Source of the DNA: a virus
Taxonomy: Duplodnaviria; Caudoviricetes
Length of the DNA stretch: 64,000 bases
Reading direction: 5' to 3' (one strand)
IMG/VR virus record: IMGVR_UViG_3300021256_000057
Location: 64,001-128,000 of that record
Shown here: positions 9,570 through 18,726 of the stretch, in pieces
How the letters are laid out: every line of letters starts with the position of its first letter
How positions within the stretch are numbered: position 1 is the stretch's first letter
The notes under the pieces: generated by a model
The model's input: only the letters and a program-made list of their open reading frames with translations
Database searches by the model: none
Told to the model about the DNA's origin: nothing
Position numbers and translations under genes: made by a program

Positions 9570-10427
9570 TCAGAGCCGCAAAGAACCGCCCTTGTTGAAG
9601 TCATCTTGCATCATATCAAGAAGTCGAGCTTTCATGTCGGTTCTGTCAGAAGCATATTCAATGAGTTTATCCTTATTGTCGTAGATGAATTGATCTGCTA
9701 CGGCATCCTTCTTAGCAAGCTCAAAAATGAGATCAAGTGCAAATGGGAATCCATCCATCAAAAGTGATAGTACACCCCTGTAGTCGCTATCCCGAATAAT
9801 GTACATACATCTCTGGATAGCATCAGTGAAATTACTTACACCATCGGTGTATGACACATCTAGTGTTAGATTTGGAAACTTGATCGTTCTTATTGATGTG
9901 CAATCCTTAAATGCATGTGGCAGTAATTGAGTGTTTAGTGATTTAAACTCGATTGATCGTAGATTTGTACATTTGTTAAACGCCTTTGGCAGTAGTCTGA
10001 ACACACTACGAGGGATTGTGATAGTCCGCAGACTTACGCATCCGTAAAAATCATTGCTACCAATGGCGCTAAGACTATCTGGAAGTTCTACATGTTTTAG
10101 ATTCTTGCATCCGGCAAACACGGAAGCACCCATATTTGTAAGGTTTTTAGAAAACACAACTGTTTCTAGGTTTTTACACAGCATGAACGCAGAGTTATCG
10201 ATTCTATCAACAGTATCAGGCATGATGATCTTTTTTAATGTCTCGCACTCATAGAACGCTGTGCTTCCAATCGCTCTGATACCATATGGAATCGTGTAAG
10301 TCACACCGAATGCATCTTCATCCTCTTCGTAGTCAAAAAATACATCATTTAAGAACGTTCCTTTTCCAGGACCACCATCATGGTCGACTTTTAGTACATC
10401 ATTTGCTGCACGAATATACCTTACCAT
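9570..10427 (-). CDS. BspA-type LRR_5 protein with MVRYIRAA leader
   Basis: LRR_5 repeats; clear paralog of 8670..9545 (DH.G...G.F..F and LxVSYTxG...FTxAIxRCM); ends SLRL. Confidence 0.9.
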   Translation of the reverse strand: MVRYIRAANDVLKVDHDGGPGKGTFLNDVFFDYEEDEDAFGVTYTIPYGIRAIGSTAFYECETLKKIIMPDTVDRIDNSAFMLCKNLETVVFSKNLTNMGASVFAGCKNLKHVELPDSLSAIGSNDFYGCVSLRTITIPRSVFRLLPKAFNKCTNLRSIEFKSLNTQLLPHAFKDCTSIRTIKFPNLTLDVSYTDGVSNFTDAIQRCMYIIRDSDYRGVLSLLMDGFPFALDLIFELAKKDAVADQFIYDNKDKLIEYASDRTDMKARLLDMMQDDFNKGGSLRL

Positions 10428-10428
10428 C

Positions 10429-11151
10429 TCACTTCACCTCCGACAAGTTGACCCATCCAAGAATATCCAGAACATTTCCCTTGGAATCCTTGTTCTTTGT
10501 GATAGGTCTCCGATCATACTGCTCAAGTACATTGTCATTCTCATCATGCCACCAGTAAAACTCACCAGCATATGTTCCGAATGGTGTCTTTGCAACAGAG
10601 GTCTTATACAGACGAACGTGCTTTGTACTGAGTGAAGTTTCCTTTACAGTATCATTCTTAGAAGATGTCTCATGACGTGCCTCTTCCGTGACAGCAGTAT
10701 TATTCTCCTTTGCTACCTCTGGCTTCTTAGCTCTAGGCTTACGAACCTTCTTAGTCTCTTCCATTGTAATATCCAACTCCTTTATAAGCATCCTGGTCAA
10801 GATCCTTACACGAGCTTGACGTGATGGATCCGATATACCATTATATATGTATATAAGGTTTTTCGACCATTTTGACTCATAAAAAGAGTCATAAACTGCA
10901 TCACAGACTTCTTTATCCTCGATATAGCAGAACTTTTCTCGAATCATTTTTGCTTCATGTTCATTTCTTCGAGCTGTAAGATCGGAGCTGTCCGGCAGAG
11001 TGCCATTTATAACATGTGTGATAGCTTCAGAGTGAGATATTCGATTATCATATTTTTCAGCGAGTGCTCTTGCATCTTTAGCGACTTGTAGAACCAGGTG
11101 ATATGGAGCTGTACTTGCGTTTAGTTCCTTTAAGAACTTAGCGTCCTGCAT
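10429..11151 (-). CDS. hypothetical protein; N-terminus weakly RpoZ (omega)-like; possible internal start at 10764
   Basis: PYHLVLQVAKDARAL resembles the omega motif RYxLVxxxAKRARQL. Confidence 0.6.
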   Translation of the reverse strand: MQDAKFLKELNASTAPYHLVLQVAKDARALAEKYDNRISHSEAITHVINGTLPDSSDLTARRNEHEAKMIREKFCYIEDKEVCDAVYDSFYESKWSKNLIYIYNGISDPSRQARVRILTRMLIKELDITMEETKKVRKPRAKKPEVAKENNTAVTEEARHETSSKNDTVKETSLSTKHVRLYKTSVAKTPFGTYAGEFYWWHDENDNVLEQYDRRPITKNKDSKGNVLDILGWVNLSEVK

Positions 11152-11584
11152 TTCTCACTCGTCTCTTGCATTTCTTGCCCATACCGATCTGGATAGACTT
11201 TGGACTTACAAGCCGCCTGCCGCATACGCTGCAAACACCACTATGGTAAAGATGCATCCGTTCGTCATAGTAGCCATCCTTGAACATCATCTTTAGGATA
11301 TATACTACGCCGAGTACGATCTCATTATCTCTTGCGAAATTTGAACACTTCGTCAGGATAAAGTGTCCGCCATTGAGCATACCCACATACTTCCATTCAC
11401 CATTATCGACCATGGTCTCAACGAATAGAGCAGAACGCATACGGCTCTTTGCACTCTTGTAGAAGCGGTAAGTATGATATACACCGCTATCAGATGTAAG
11501 TGTTACGATTGCATTTCCACCTGATAGATAGTCCTTGATAACATCTGTACCAAACAACTCGTTCTTTAGCAAAGTATTCTCCAT
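11138..11584 (-). CDS. DUF6011-like zinc-ribbon protein
   Basis: CSVCGRRLVSPKSIQIGMGKKC; ATG at 11584 after AAAGGAG. Confidence 0.75.
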   Translation of the reverse strand: MENTLLKNELFGTDVIKDYLSGGNAIVTLTSDSGVYHTYRFYKSAKSRMRSALFVETMVDNGEWKYVGMLNGGHFILTKCSNFARDNEIVLGVVYILKMMFKDGYYDERMHLYHSGVCSVCGRRLVSPKSIQIGMGKKCKRRVRNAGR

Positions 11585-11688
11585 AATGGACAGCTCCTTT
11601 CTGATGGTTACTCTACTATTTATAACGAGTGGTAGGTACAAAAAAACACCCTATGCTTGGTAGCATAGGGCGATGTTGATCATTCTGT

Positions 11689-12237
11689 TTACTTTTTGTA
11701 CAGGTGAATATTGTTCTCAAATGTTAAGTTATCCATTTTAACTTTTAGAGCATGTTCAGCATCACGATATGTAGAATAACTCTTATCATCTATATTGATA
11801 CTTATCAGTTTCCAGCTATATCCATCATAGAGAACTTTATCATATTGGCTGTTTCCACGCGCTTCATTATTATAATGATGTGTACGCCTAGCACGCTTGT
11901 CCTTGGATTCGTTCAATGGGTGGTCTGAAATGCGGAAGAATACAACGCACTTGATCGTTTTTCCAGAAACAGTATCTTTTTTCACAAATGTGTAATACTC
12001 AGATTTACTACCATCTCGATCACTTTCGTCAGCATCGATATATTTGAATCCGCAGCACTCAATAATGTCGATAGCAGTGATAATGAAGTCTTCATAGTCA
12101 CACAGCGCCTGACCTGTTAAATTTGTATCAATGCTTGCTGCAATCTCACCAGAGCCAATCATCTGGTAGACAAGATCAATATGCACTTCATATTCAATGA
12201 TATCAGGCTCTTCGTTACTTTTGATGTATCTAACCAT
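11689..12237 (-). CDS. hypothetical protein (RISDH motif) with MVRYIKS leader
   Basis: 182 aa ORF, SD AAGGAG, SEYYTF...FFRISDHP. Confidence 0.75.
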   Translation of the reverse strand: MVRYIKSNEEPDIIEYEVHIDLVYQMIGSGEIAASIDTNLTGQALCDYEDFIITAIDIIECCGFKYIDADESDRDGSKSEYYTFVKKDTVSGKTIKCVVFFRISDHPLNESKDKRARRTHHYNNEARGNSQYDKVLYDGYSWKLISINIDDKSYSTYRDAEHALKVKMDNLTFENNIHLYKK

Positions 12238-12257
12238 TATATCAGCTCCTTTTATTC

Positions 12258-12286
12258 ATTGTACCATATTTCAATATACTTGTCAA
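12258..12286 (-). promoter_or_regulatory. sigmaA promoter
   Basis: TTGACA-17 nt-TACAAT. Confidence 0.7.
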
Positions 12287-12309
12287 CTATTATAACGAGC
12301 CGAACACAG

Positions 12310-13401
12310 TTATTCTGAAACGTCATCCTTAAGCACGTTCAAATCATCAAGATAGTCATCTATCGTACCGATCATATTATCATAGCATCCGCTATCTACG
12401 AGATTAGCGCTGTTGTATTCGATAACATTGATATAGTCAGATAGGATGTCTATCACCATTTGTCTAGGATCCTCTGTATTAAGATACCACATATCATCTA
12501 CCTCTTCCCCAAGAGCACCGAAGATAGAGATAGCGTATCCATAGTCTTGTACAGACCAGTAATTATACATATCCACATCATCCATGAGGTATTCGCACAA
12601 GTCGTGGATATATTGATACAGTTCACCCTCCTGATAAGTATACCAATAGAGCATCTTTAGCATATGCCATGCAGCAAACGCAGAATAGATGATCGGATAA
12701 TAGACATTTCCTTTGTCACCGATATCATCTACGTTCTCAATGTCATAATCATCTCCGTCATCGGTGATCTCAAAGGAGGTAGGAGCATCAAGCACAATAT
12801 CCGTAAACTCTTCATTGTCAAGTAAGCTATTCAGATCATGTACAGTGGCTACTGGGTCATAGTTCGACTTGATAGCAACAAGATCAATTGACACATCGTC
12901 ATCAGATGTTACTTTCTGAAGCGTCACAGATAGTTTCTTTGCGCTATTTGCAGACTCCCCTTTTGCGACCTTAAAATCTGGCTCCATACTCTCTACCATA
13001 GTCTCGATTGCCTTGCCGATAGCATTATAAGTCTTTTGTACAGTCTCTGTAACTGCGATCTTCGTTTGATCCTCCTTATCAGGTATAGACAGTTTCACTT
13101 TACCATCTTCTGTCGGCTCTACTATCAACTTGAACGTGAAGTCCTTTTTCTGTGCTTCATAATCTTTTCTGACAAGAGGAACGACCATATCGTAGACTTT
13201 TACACCCTCGGTAGAACTCTTCTTATCCTCGCTTGCCTGGTATCCTAGGTCTATCAATCGATTCAGCGTATGCGATACAAGGTTTACAATATTTGATAAT
13301 AGCCCCTTTTGCTTTGTTCGCTGATTTTTCACATTGTTCATTGCATCAGAAGCCCTAGATCTCAAATCTTGAAACTTAGACGTGTCAGTTTCTTTAGCCA
13401 T
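12310..13401 (-). CDS. acidic hypothetical protein in the head module
   Basis: 363 aa ORF, SD AGGAGG. Confidence 0.8.
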   Translation of the reverse strand: MAKETDTSKFQDLRSRASDAMNNVKNQRTKQKGLLSNIVNLVSHTLNRLIDLGYQASEDKKSSTEGVKVYDMVVPLVRKDYEAQKKDFTFKLIVEPTEDGKVKLSIPDKEDQTKIAVTETVQKTYNAIGKAIETMVESMEPDFKVAKGESANSAKKLSVTLQKVTSDDDVSIDLVAIKSNYDPVATVHDLNSLLDNEEFTDIVLDAPTSFEITDDGDDYDIENVDDIGDKGNVYYPIIYSAFAAWHMLKMLYWYTYQEGELYQYIHDLCEYLMDDVDMYNYWSVQDYGYAISIFGALGEEVDDMWYLNTEDPRQMVIDILSDYINVIEYNSANLVDSGCYDNMIGTIDDYLDDLNVLKDDVSE

Positions 13402-13469
13402 AATAACGACCTCCTATAAACAAAATGACCCTGCACAGACTATGCCGTGCAGGGTATTCTGTGAATATC

Positions 13470-13811
13470 TTACTTTCTGCGCGGCAGCTTCTTTACAGTG
13501 CGGCCAGCTCGTACAGGACGACGAGTGGAAGCCTTTACTGCCTTGCGGTGACGGATACGAGTAGAAGACTCTACAGTATCTGCACCCTCGTCAGGCTCGC
13601 AGGTGAAGGTCTCCTCGCCTACGGTGAACTCTACAACGTCACCATCGGACTCAACTGTAACATCCTCACCAGTAACATCAGAAATAAGGTCTGCTACATC
13701 GTTGGCCTCGAACAGGAGCTCTACTACATCCTCGGCTACCTCGGTCTCAGCCATTACACGGCGGGTCTTTGCAGGACGTGTCTTTGCGGGACGATTCATA
13801 CGCATATTCAA
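13470..13811 (-). CDS. small head-associated protein (basic termini, acidic core)
   Basis: SD AGGAGG; VMAE, VKAS and VRAG motifs like those in the capsid propeptide. Confidence 0.7.
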   Translation of the reverse strand: MNMRMNRPAKTRPAKTRRVMAETEVAEDVVELLFEANDVADLISDVTGEDVTVESDGDVVEFTVGEETFTCEPDEGADTVESSTRIRHRKAVKASTRRPVRAGRTVKKLPRRK

Positions 13812-13823
13812 TTCCTCCTAGTT

Positions 13824-14534
13824 TTAGTTCAGCACAACCAGCTTGCTTTGCTTGTTGAGCAGTTCATTGTGGATAGCCTCTATCTCAGCATTCGCTTCTG
13901 ACAGGAGCTGATCCCCATCTAGTGATACATTTGACCCCTCGATCGTATATTTTGATCTCGTTCTACCAAGTGACTTCTTCATGTATGCTTCACTTAATCT
14001 TACAAGGTAGTCCTCCCATGTATGATTATGTATCTCGCTAACATCCTTAAAGTCCGGAACATAGCGTATTGTAACTGACGTAGGTATCGGACTTCTATGT
14101 GTGCAGTATACTACTTGATTAGGTAAATCATATCTCCACTGAAAATCAGTCGATAGTGTGTTTCTAACTTGTGCTAGTGACAGTTCGCTCATGATGCGAT
14201 CAGTATAGACGTTAGAGGTATTGCCTAGAGCACCAAAAGTATTGACAGCGGCAGCGAGCTGGAACACGTTTCCGCTATTCATTGATGCAAGGTTCAAACC
14301 TAGTGCCGGATATGCTGGCAATACATCGAGTATCTTTACAGTGATGATCTCTACTGCGAGAAGATCAATTCTAGTAGAATACGATACGGTCTTATCGACT
14401 GGGGTATCTATGTATCTTTTCAGTTCTCGAAATGCGATGTTCACGGCTTGTTCCACCTGTTGACCCTCTACATTTCGATTAGCAGGTAGGCCTAAAAGAA
14501 ACGACACCTGCTCAACGATCTCTTGCATTGTCAT
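13824..14534 (-). CDS. putative neck/head-tail adaptor (T4 gp13-like)
   Basis: Position after MCP; C-terminal KKSLGRTRSKY...LDGDQLLSEA pattern. Confidence 0.7.
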   Translation of the reverse strand: MTMQEIVEQVSFLLGLPANRNVEGQQVEQAVNIAFRELKRYIDTPVDKTVSYSTRIDLLAVEIITVKILDVLPAYPALGLNLASMNSGNVFQLAAAVNTFGALGNTSNVYTDRIMSELSLAQVRNTLSTDFQWRYDLPNQVVYCTHRSPIPTSVTIRYVPDFKDVSEIHNHTWEDYLVRLSEAYMKKSLGRTRSKYTIEGSNVSLDGDQLLSEANAEIEAIHNELLNKQSKLVVLN

Positions 14535-14570
14535 CTCGATCAGGCCCCCTTACTATAATATAACGAGTGA

Positions 14571-14945
14571 TCAGCCCTCAGCAGCGGTCACAGTTACGGT
14601 GAAGCCCTGATCCTTGACCTGCTCACCTACCTGAGCATACCAGAAGGCCTCCATATAGGAGTCAACAGTAAACTCTACCTTGTAAGAGCCATCACCCTGC
14701 ACAGCTCCAACGACTGCGGCCTTGAACTGAGCCAGCGGAACAGGGAACGGGAACGAAGTAGTCTTGTAAGGCTCCATGAGGTCAATGAAGCCGAAGCCAT
14801 CAACATTCGTGTCATACACGGTGCCAGCATAAGCGGCAGTATCTACATAACTGTTGTCAGGAGTATACAGTCTGCATACAGGGGATACAAGAGCCGCAGA
14901 AGGAGCAGTTACACCAGTGTAGGTAATTGTAATCGTGTAAGCCAT
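14571..14945 (-). CDS. virion structural protein (possible head decoration)
   Basis: Directly after MCP, strong SD, codon bias like MCP, beta-rich. Confidence 0.6.
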   Translation of the reverse strand: MAYTITITYTGVTAPSAALVSPVCRLYTPDNSYVDTAAYAGTVYDTNVDGFGFIDLMEPYKTTSFPFPVPLAQFKAAVVGAVQGDGSYKVEFTVDSYMEAFWYAQVGEQVKDQGFTVTVTAAEG

Positions 14946-14969
14946 TATCTTACCCTCCTATATTAGTGT

Positions 14970-14996
14970 GATAGGGTGTAGGTCTTACACCCTATC
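14970..14996 (-). terminator. hairpin after major capsid gene
   Basis: GATAGGGTGTA..TACACCCTATC inverted repeat. Confidence 0.65.
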
Positions 14997-15008
14997 TGTT
15001 TGATTTGA

Positions 15009-16478
15009 TCAGAACGTGCCTACGATCTTACCAGATACTACGGTAGCCGGGTTTACAACTTCCATAGCATACATGGTCGCATAACCCTGCTGGATGGATC
15101 CATCAGCAAGTGCTACAGGAGTGGTCTCAGTCAGAGGCATGTACTCACCGAACAGAGCAGAGTTCTTGCGGATGTCGTTAGACTTGCAGCACATTACCCA
15201 TGCGTTCGGATCGTAGTTAGGATCTACAAATACCTCGAAGTTATCGAGACGACCGAGCTTGTACGGACCAACTGTATCCTCAAGGTTCTCCGCCTGGAAG
15301 CCATTGATCATGCTGATGTAAGTACCAGTGTTTGTACCAGCTACGATACGGTTAGGACGACCGAGCTGGGTCTCCTGATATACAGAACCAGCCGCCTGAT
15401 TGAACTTGAGCTTCAGCATGTTCAGGTAGTCAGAAGAGTATACAGAAGCCTGATTGATCGGAGTAGCATCCCAGTTGTACTGAGGCTTGTAAGATGCCGT
15501 GCGAGCAAGAGTATTGAAGCCGTTGGAGTTGATCTCAGCAGTCAACTGAGAGAACGCAGCTTCCTTGGCGATGTCATCGATGGATGCACCATACTCACGG
15601 TTAGCACGGAACGCAGCGAACGCAGACCAGTCAGAACGGAGCTGATGTGCATCTGCAACGAGGTTGATGTTGTCAAGCTGGAGATGACCACTGCCCATGC
15701 GAGCGCCAATGTGACCGTTGGTATCAGGACCGATGGTCTCATTATCATACTGATAAGTAGCCTTAACAGTATCGCCAGCAGCAAGCGTGATCGCAGAGGT
15801 AAATGTGATAACACCAGTATCATACTGGATAGTACCTACGGTAGCACCAGCAGCAGTGATCAAAGAGCCATTGCGGTCATCCAGATACGCAGTAGTTACA
15901 CCAGAGAGATTGGTCTCAATGGTAACACTACCAGGAAGTACAGGGATGTAAGCAAGAGTTCCAGTCGTGAACGAACCAGCGGCAGACTCTACGACCTCAT
16001 TCTTAACTACACGGCCAGTGAAGTTAGGATCGATGCCCTGACGATTAACCATCGGGCTAGAGAGAATGGTGTTAGCCGCGGTCTCACCCTTGGTATTATC
16101 AGATACAAACTTGAAGTATGGGATCATCTGCTGTACAGAGTTCATCGCTACAGAGCCAAAAACATCGAGGATGATCAGCTTCTGGGTGAACAGAGGCAGG
16201 AGCTCCAGGAAGTCAGGACGTGCAGCAATATTGGAAGTGTTGGTAGCGCCCATGATAGCTCGTGTAGAAGCAGTTACCGGAATCGGCTGACGGCAGTTTG
16301 AGCGAATCTGGTTTACAAACGCACGCTGCTGAGGTGTGAGTGTAGAGTAGTTAGCCATTACACGACTCTTCTGACGCTGTGCCTGACGGCTCTGTACACC
16401 TGCAGTAATGCTAGTGCCAGCAGTGATAGCAGTGCGGCGAGCAGGAGATACTCTACGAGTAGATCTTTTGATTGCCAT
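15009..16478 (-). CDS. major capsid protein (T4 gp23-like, HK97 fold)
   Basis: Follows prohead protease; L.AEIN, G.L..FEVFVDP, YMPL...QGYATMYA patterns; basic N-terminal propeptide; Ig-like insertion (PVLPGSVTI..GTIQYDTG). Confidence 0.85.
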   Translation of the reverse strand: MAIKRSTRRVSPARRTAITAGTSITAGVQSRQAQRQKSRVMANYSTLTPQQRAFVNQIRSNCRQPIPVTASTRAIMGATNTSNIAARPDFLELLPLFTQKLIILDVFGSVAMNSVQQMIPYFKFVSDNTKGETAANTILSSPMVNRQGIDPNFTGRVVKNEVVESAAGSFTTGTLAYIPVLPGSVTIETNLSGVTTAYLDDRNGSLITAAGATVGTIQYDTGVITFTSAITLAAGDTVKATYQYDNETIGPDTNGHIGARMGSGHLQLDNINLVADAHQLRSDWSAFAAFRANREYGASIDDIAKEAAFSQLTAEINSNGFNTLARTASYKPQYNWDATPINQASVYSSDYLNMLKLKFNQAAGSVYQETQLGRPNRIVAGTNTGTYISMINGFQAENLEDTVGPYKLGRLDNFEVFVDPNYDPNAWVMCCKSNDIRKNSALFGEYMPLTETTPVALADGSIQQGYATMYAMEVVNPATVVSGKIVGTF

Positions 16479-16496
16479 TAGATATTCCTCCTATTA

Positions 16497-18002
16497 TTAT
16501 ACTGTGATCAAGCCAGGTACGCCGGATGCATAATAATCGTCATCCTCATCATCGTATACAGGCGCAGCTCCCAGTGAAACAGTGTTTGTAGCACAGGATA
16601 GGTCTGACTTAATATCATCTACTGTAGTAGATGGTGTGATATTGATGGAATCTGCCCTAGCTCCGATCATGTTTGCGTATAGTTCAGCATAAGCTGATTG
16701 GAATGATAGTAGATTCGCATTACAAGCGTCTAGTTTTGCTTCAATGCTCTTTCGATCTGCTGTCTCTGCATCAAGTCTGCTTTGACACTCATCAAGGGCA
16801 TCTTTACTAGCTCTTACCTCAGAACGATAGGAACGCACTTCCTGATCAAGGTTTGATTTGAGATTCTTCAACTTTGTGCTTGCTGTGACGGTTTCACGAA
16901 GCTCAGAACGAAGATCTCCGATAGTGGCATCCTTCTCATCTGCAAGGCTTGTAGCGGCTTCTATCTTTCTTTTATATATAAGGTTAGATTTTTTCGCAGC
17001 ATTGAGATCATTTTCAAGATCAGACTTTTCACGCTGTAGTGAAGCGATGATACGCTTTTGTTCAGATACAGTCGTATCAAGTTTTCTCTTGCTGGCCTCC
17101 AAAGAAGCGGTTCTCCTTTTTAGCCCATCTCTCGATGCTGTTACTCTGTCTCTATCCTCCAAAGCGTCATTGAGCTGATGCTCTGTGATTCGCTGTAAAC
17201 TGGATAGTTTTCTATTATAAACAGAAGCCAATACCGCCTTATCCTTCTTCAACTTCTCATTCTCAGTTGCAAGGACTTTGATCCGACTCATTGCTTCAAG
17301 ATACAAGTCAGTCATAGCAGTTAGCTTCTCGCTGTCTATATTTAAGGTTGATCCAGCAGTGATCTCAGAACACCTGTTTTCAATCGCCTTGTATTCCTCT
17401 GACATTGGTGCGAATTGAGCCTGAATGGCCTTCAATGTGGAGCTGCTCGTTATATTAGGCAGTGCGTTGTTTACTGCGGCACAGATCTTTTCATACTTCT
17501 TCCGCACACTTCTATCTGTACTTGCTGCGATCTCAGTAAAGGTTGGTATGGATTCTGGATATGCCGGAAAAGCTACAAGGTCATAACCTCTGAAAACAAA
17601 TGTCTCGGGGTCTACAGCGTTTCCAATAATATCCCCTGCGCCACGAATTGAGATACCAAACTTAACACCTGCATCAATGAACGACTTTACGATCTGACCA
17701 ACAGGGGTATTGATAAGATTGAACTTCGCATGGACTTTACCATCGGATTCGATAGACATCTCCGTCATGACGATACATCCGTTCTTGAAGTCCTGGCAAT
17801 CTGGATCCTCTGGATGTCCCAAATATCCTATGAACCATCCATTTTCGATACCGTCCTTGTAATCCTCGGAATCCAGAACTGCCTCCATTACATCTCTTGT
17901 AATATCAAGGCCATTCTTATTTGTGATCTGTGGATCCAGCACCTCACCCTCATATGTACCTATGATAGATGATGTGATAGATGATGCTTTTACGTTCTTC
18001 AC
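16497..18002 (-). CDS. prohead protease (T4 gp21-like) fused to coiled-coil scaffold
   Basis: GYLGHP (His), TPVGQIVK, GISIRGAG (Ser), YDLVAFPA (Asp); long coiled-coil C-terminus. Confidence 0.88.
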   Translation of the reverse strand: MKNVKASSITSSIIGTYEGEVLDPQITNKNGLDITRDVMEAVLDSEDYKDGIENGWFIGYLGHPEDPDCQDFKNGCIVMTEMSIESDGKVHAKFNLINTPVGQIVKSFIDAGVKFGISIRGAGDIIGNAVDPETFVFRGYDLVAFPAYPESIPTFTEIAASTDRSVRKKYEKICAAVNNALPNITSSSTLKAIQAQFAPMSEEYKAIENRCSEITAGSTLNIDSEKLTAMTDLYLEAMSRIKVLATENEKLKKDKAVLASVYNRKLSSLQRITEHQLNDALEDRDRVTASRDGLKRRTASLEASKRKLDTTVSEQKRIIASLQREKSDLENDLNAAKKSNLIYKRKIEAATSLADEKDATIGDLRSELRETVTASTKLKNLKSNLDQEVRSYRSEVRASKDALDECQSRLDAETADRKSIEAKLDACNANLLSFQSAYAELYANMIGARADSINITPSTTVDDIKSDLSCATNTVSLGAAPVYDDEDDDYYASGVPGLITV

Positions 18003-18009
18003 CTAAAAC

Positions 18010-18369
18010 TCACTTCCTCAACAGTTTATTTGTAAGACGAACAAGACCACCAACGAGGAGCGTCTTGCCGATCTCTTTAATTACACCAGATTCAATAGTT
18101 TCAGTCATATCATCTGTAGCAATCTCATCGTAGGCATCCATGTTTACATCCTCGATATCTTCGATCGTCTGTATATTGGCTTCTACCTCGTTTACGGAGC
18201 TTGCATCTATCTCGTACTCAGAGCTACCGATCGTCAGTCTGATAGCCCCATCAATATCCTCTGTCATTGAGATATCATGGTCAGCAAGCTCATCTATACT
18301 TGCCAATAGATCAAGCACAGCCGCTGGTGTAAAAATAATATCACTCATTGTATCACCCACCATATCCAT
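18010..18369 (-). CDS. acidic hypothetical head-module protein
   Basis: ORF; probable start 18348. Confidence 0.7.
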   Translation of the reverse strand: MDMVGDTMSDIIFTPAAVLDLLASIDELADHDISMTEDIDGAIRLTIGSSEYEIDASSVNEVEANIQTIEDIEDVNMDAYDEIATDDMTETIESGVIKEIGKTLLVGGLVRLTNKLLRK

Positions 18370-18565
18370 GGATTCGTTTTAGTTGAAGAGTATCTTCGCC
18401 AGATCTTTCGCTAAAGCAATGGAGTATCACATTATCATCATCTACTTCAATCAGAATCTCGGACAGCTCCATATCTGGATGTTTCTCTATCGCATAGTCT
18501 GTATATATCTTCTTCTCATCTGGTGTAATAGCTCCGTTCTTTACGGCTACTACCATTTGAATCAA
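18353..18565 (-). CDS. small hypothetical protein
   Basis: SD AAGGAG before MVVAVK; upstream motif at 18580. Confidence 0.6.
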   Translation of the reverse strand: MIQMVVAVKNGAITPDEKKIYTDYAIEKHPDMELSEILIEVDDDNVILHCFSERSGEDTLQLKRIHGYGG

Positions 18566-18592
18566 CTCCTTTTACTATTTATATAAGGTTAG

Positions 18593-18636
18593 AAAAGAAA
18601 ACAGATGATGGATAGTGTATGCTACCCATCATCTGT
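18593..18636 (-). terminator. intrinsic terminator
   Basis: ACAGATGATGG..CCATCATCTGT followed by a T tract. Confidence 0.75.
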
Positions 18637-18726
18637 GTGCCATGTTATTCTAAGCAGTTGAACACATGAAGATACTTTCCGTAGTGACATACATCAAGAC
18701 AGATCTTCGTAAATGTTCACCGCCTA

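Noticed and set aside
15645-16301. 218-aa plus-strand ORF (likewise 50687..51541, 43975..44580, 39301..39873)
   Set aside because: Shadows of codon-biased minus-strand genes
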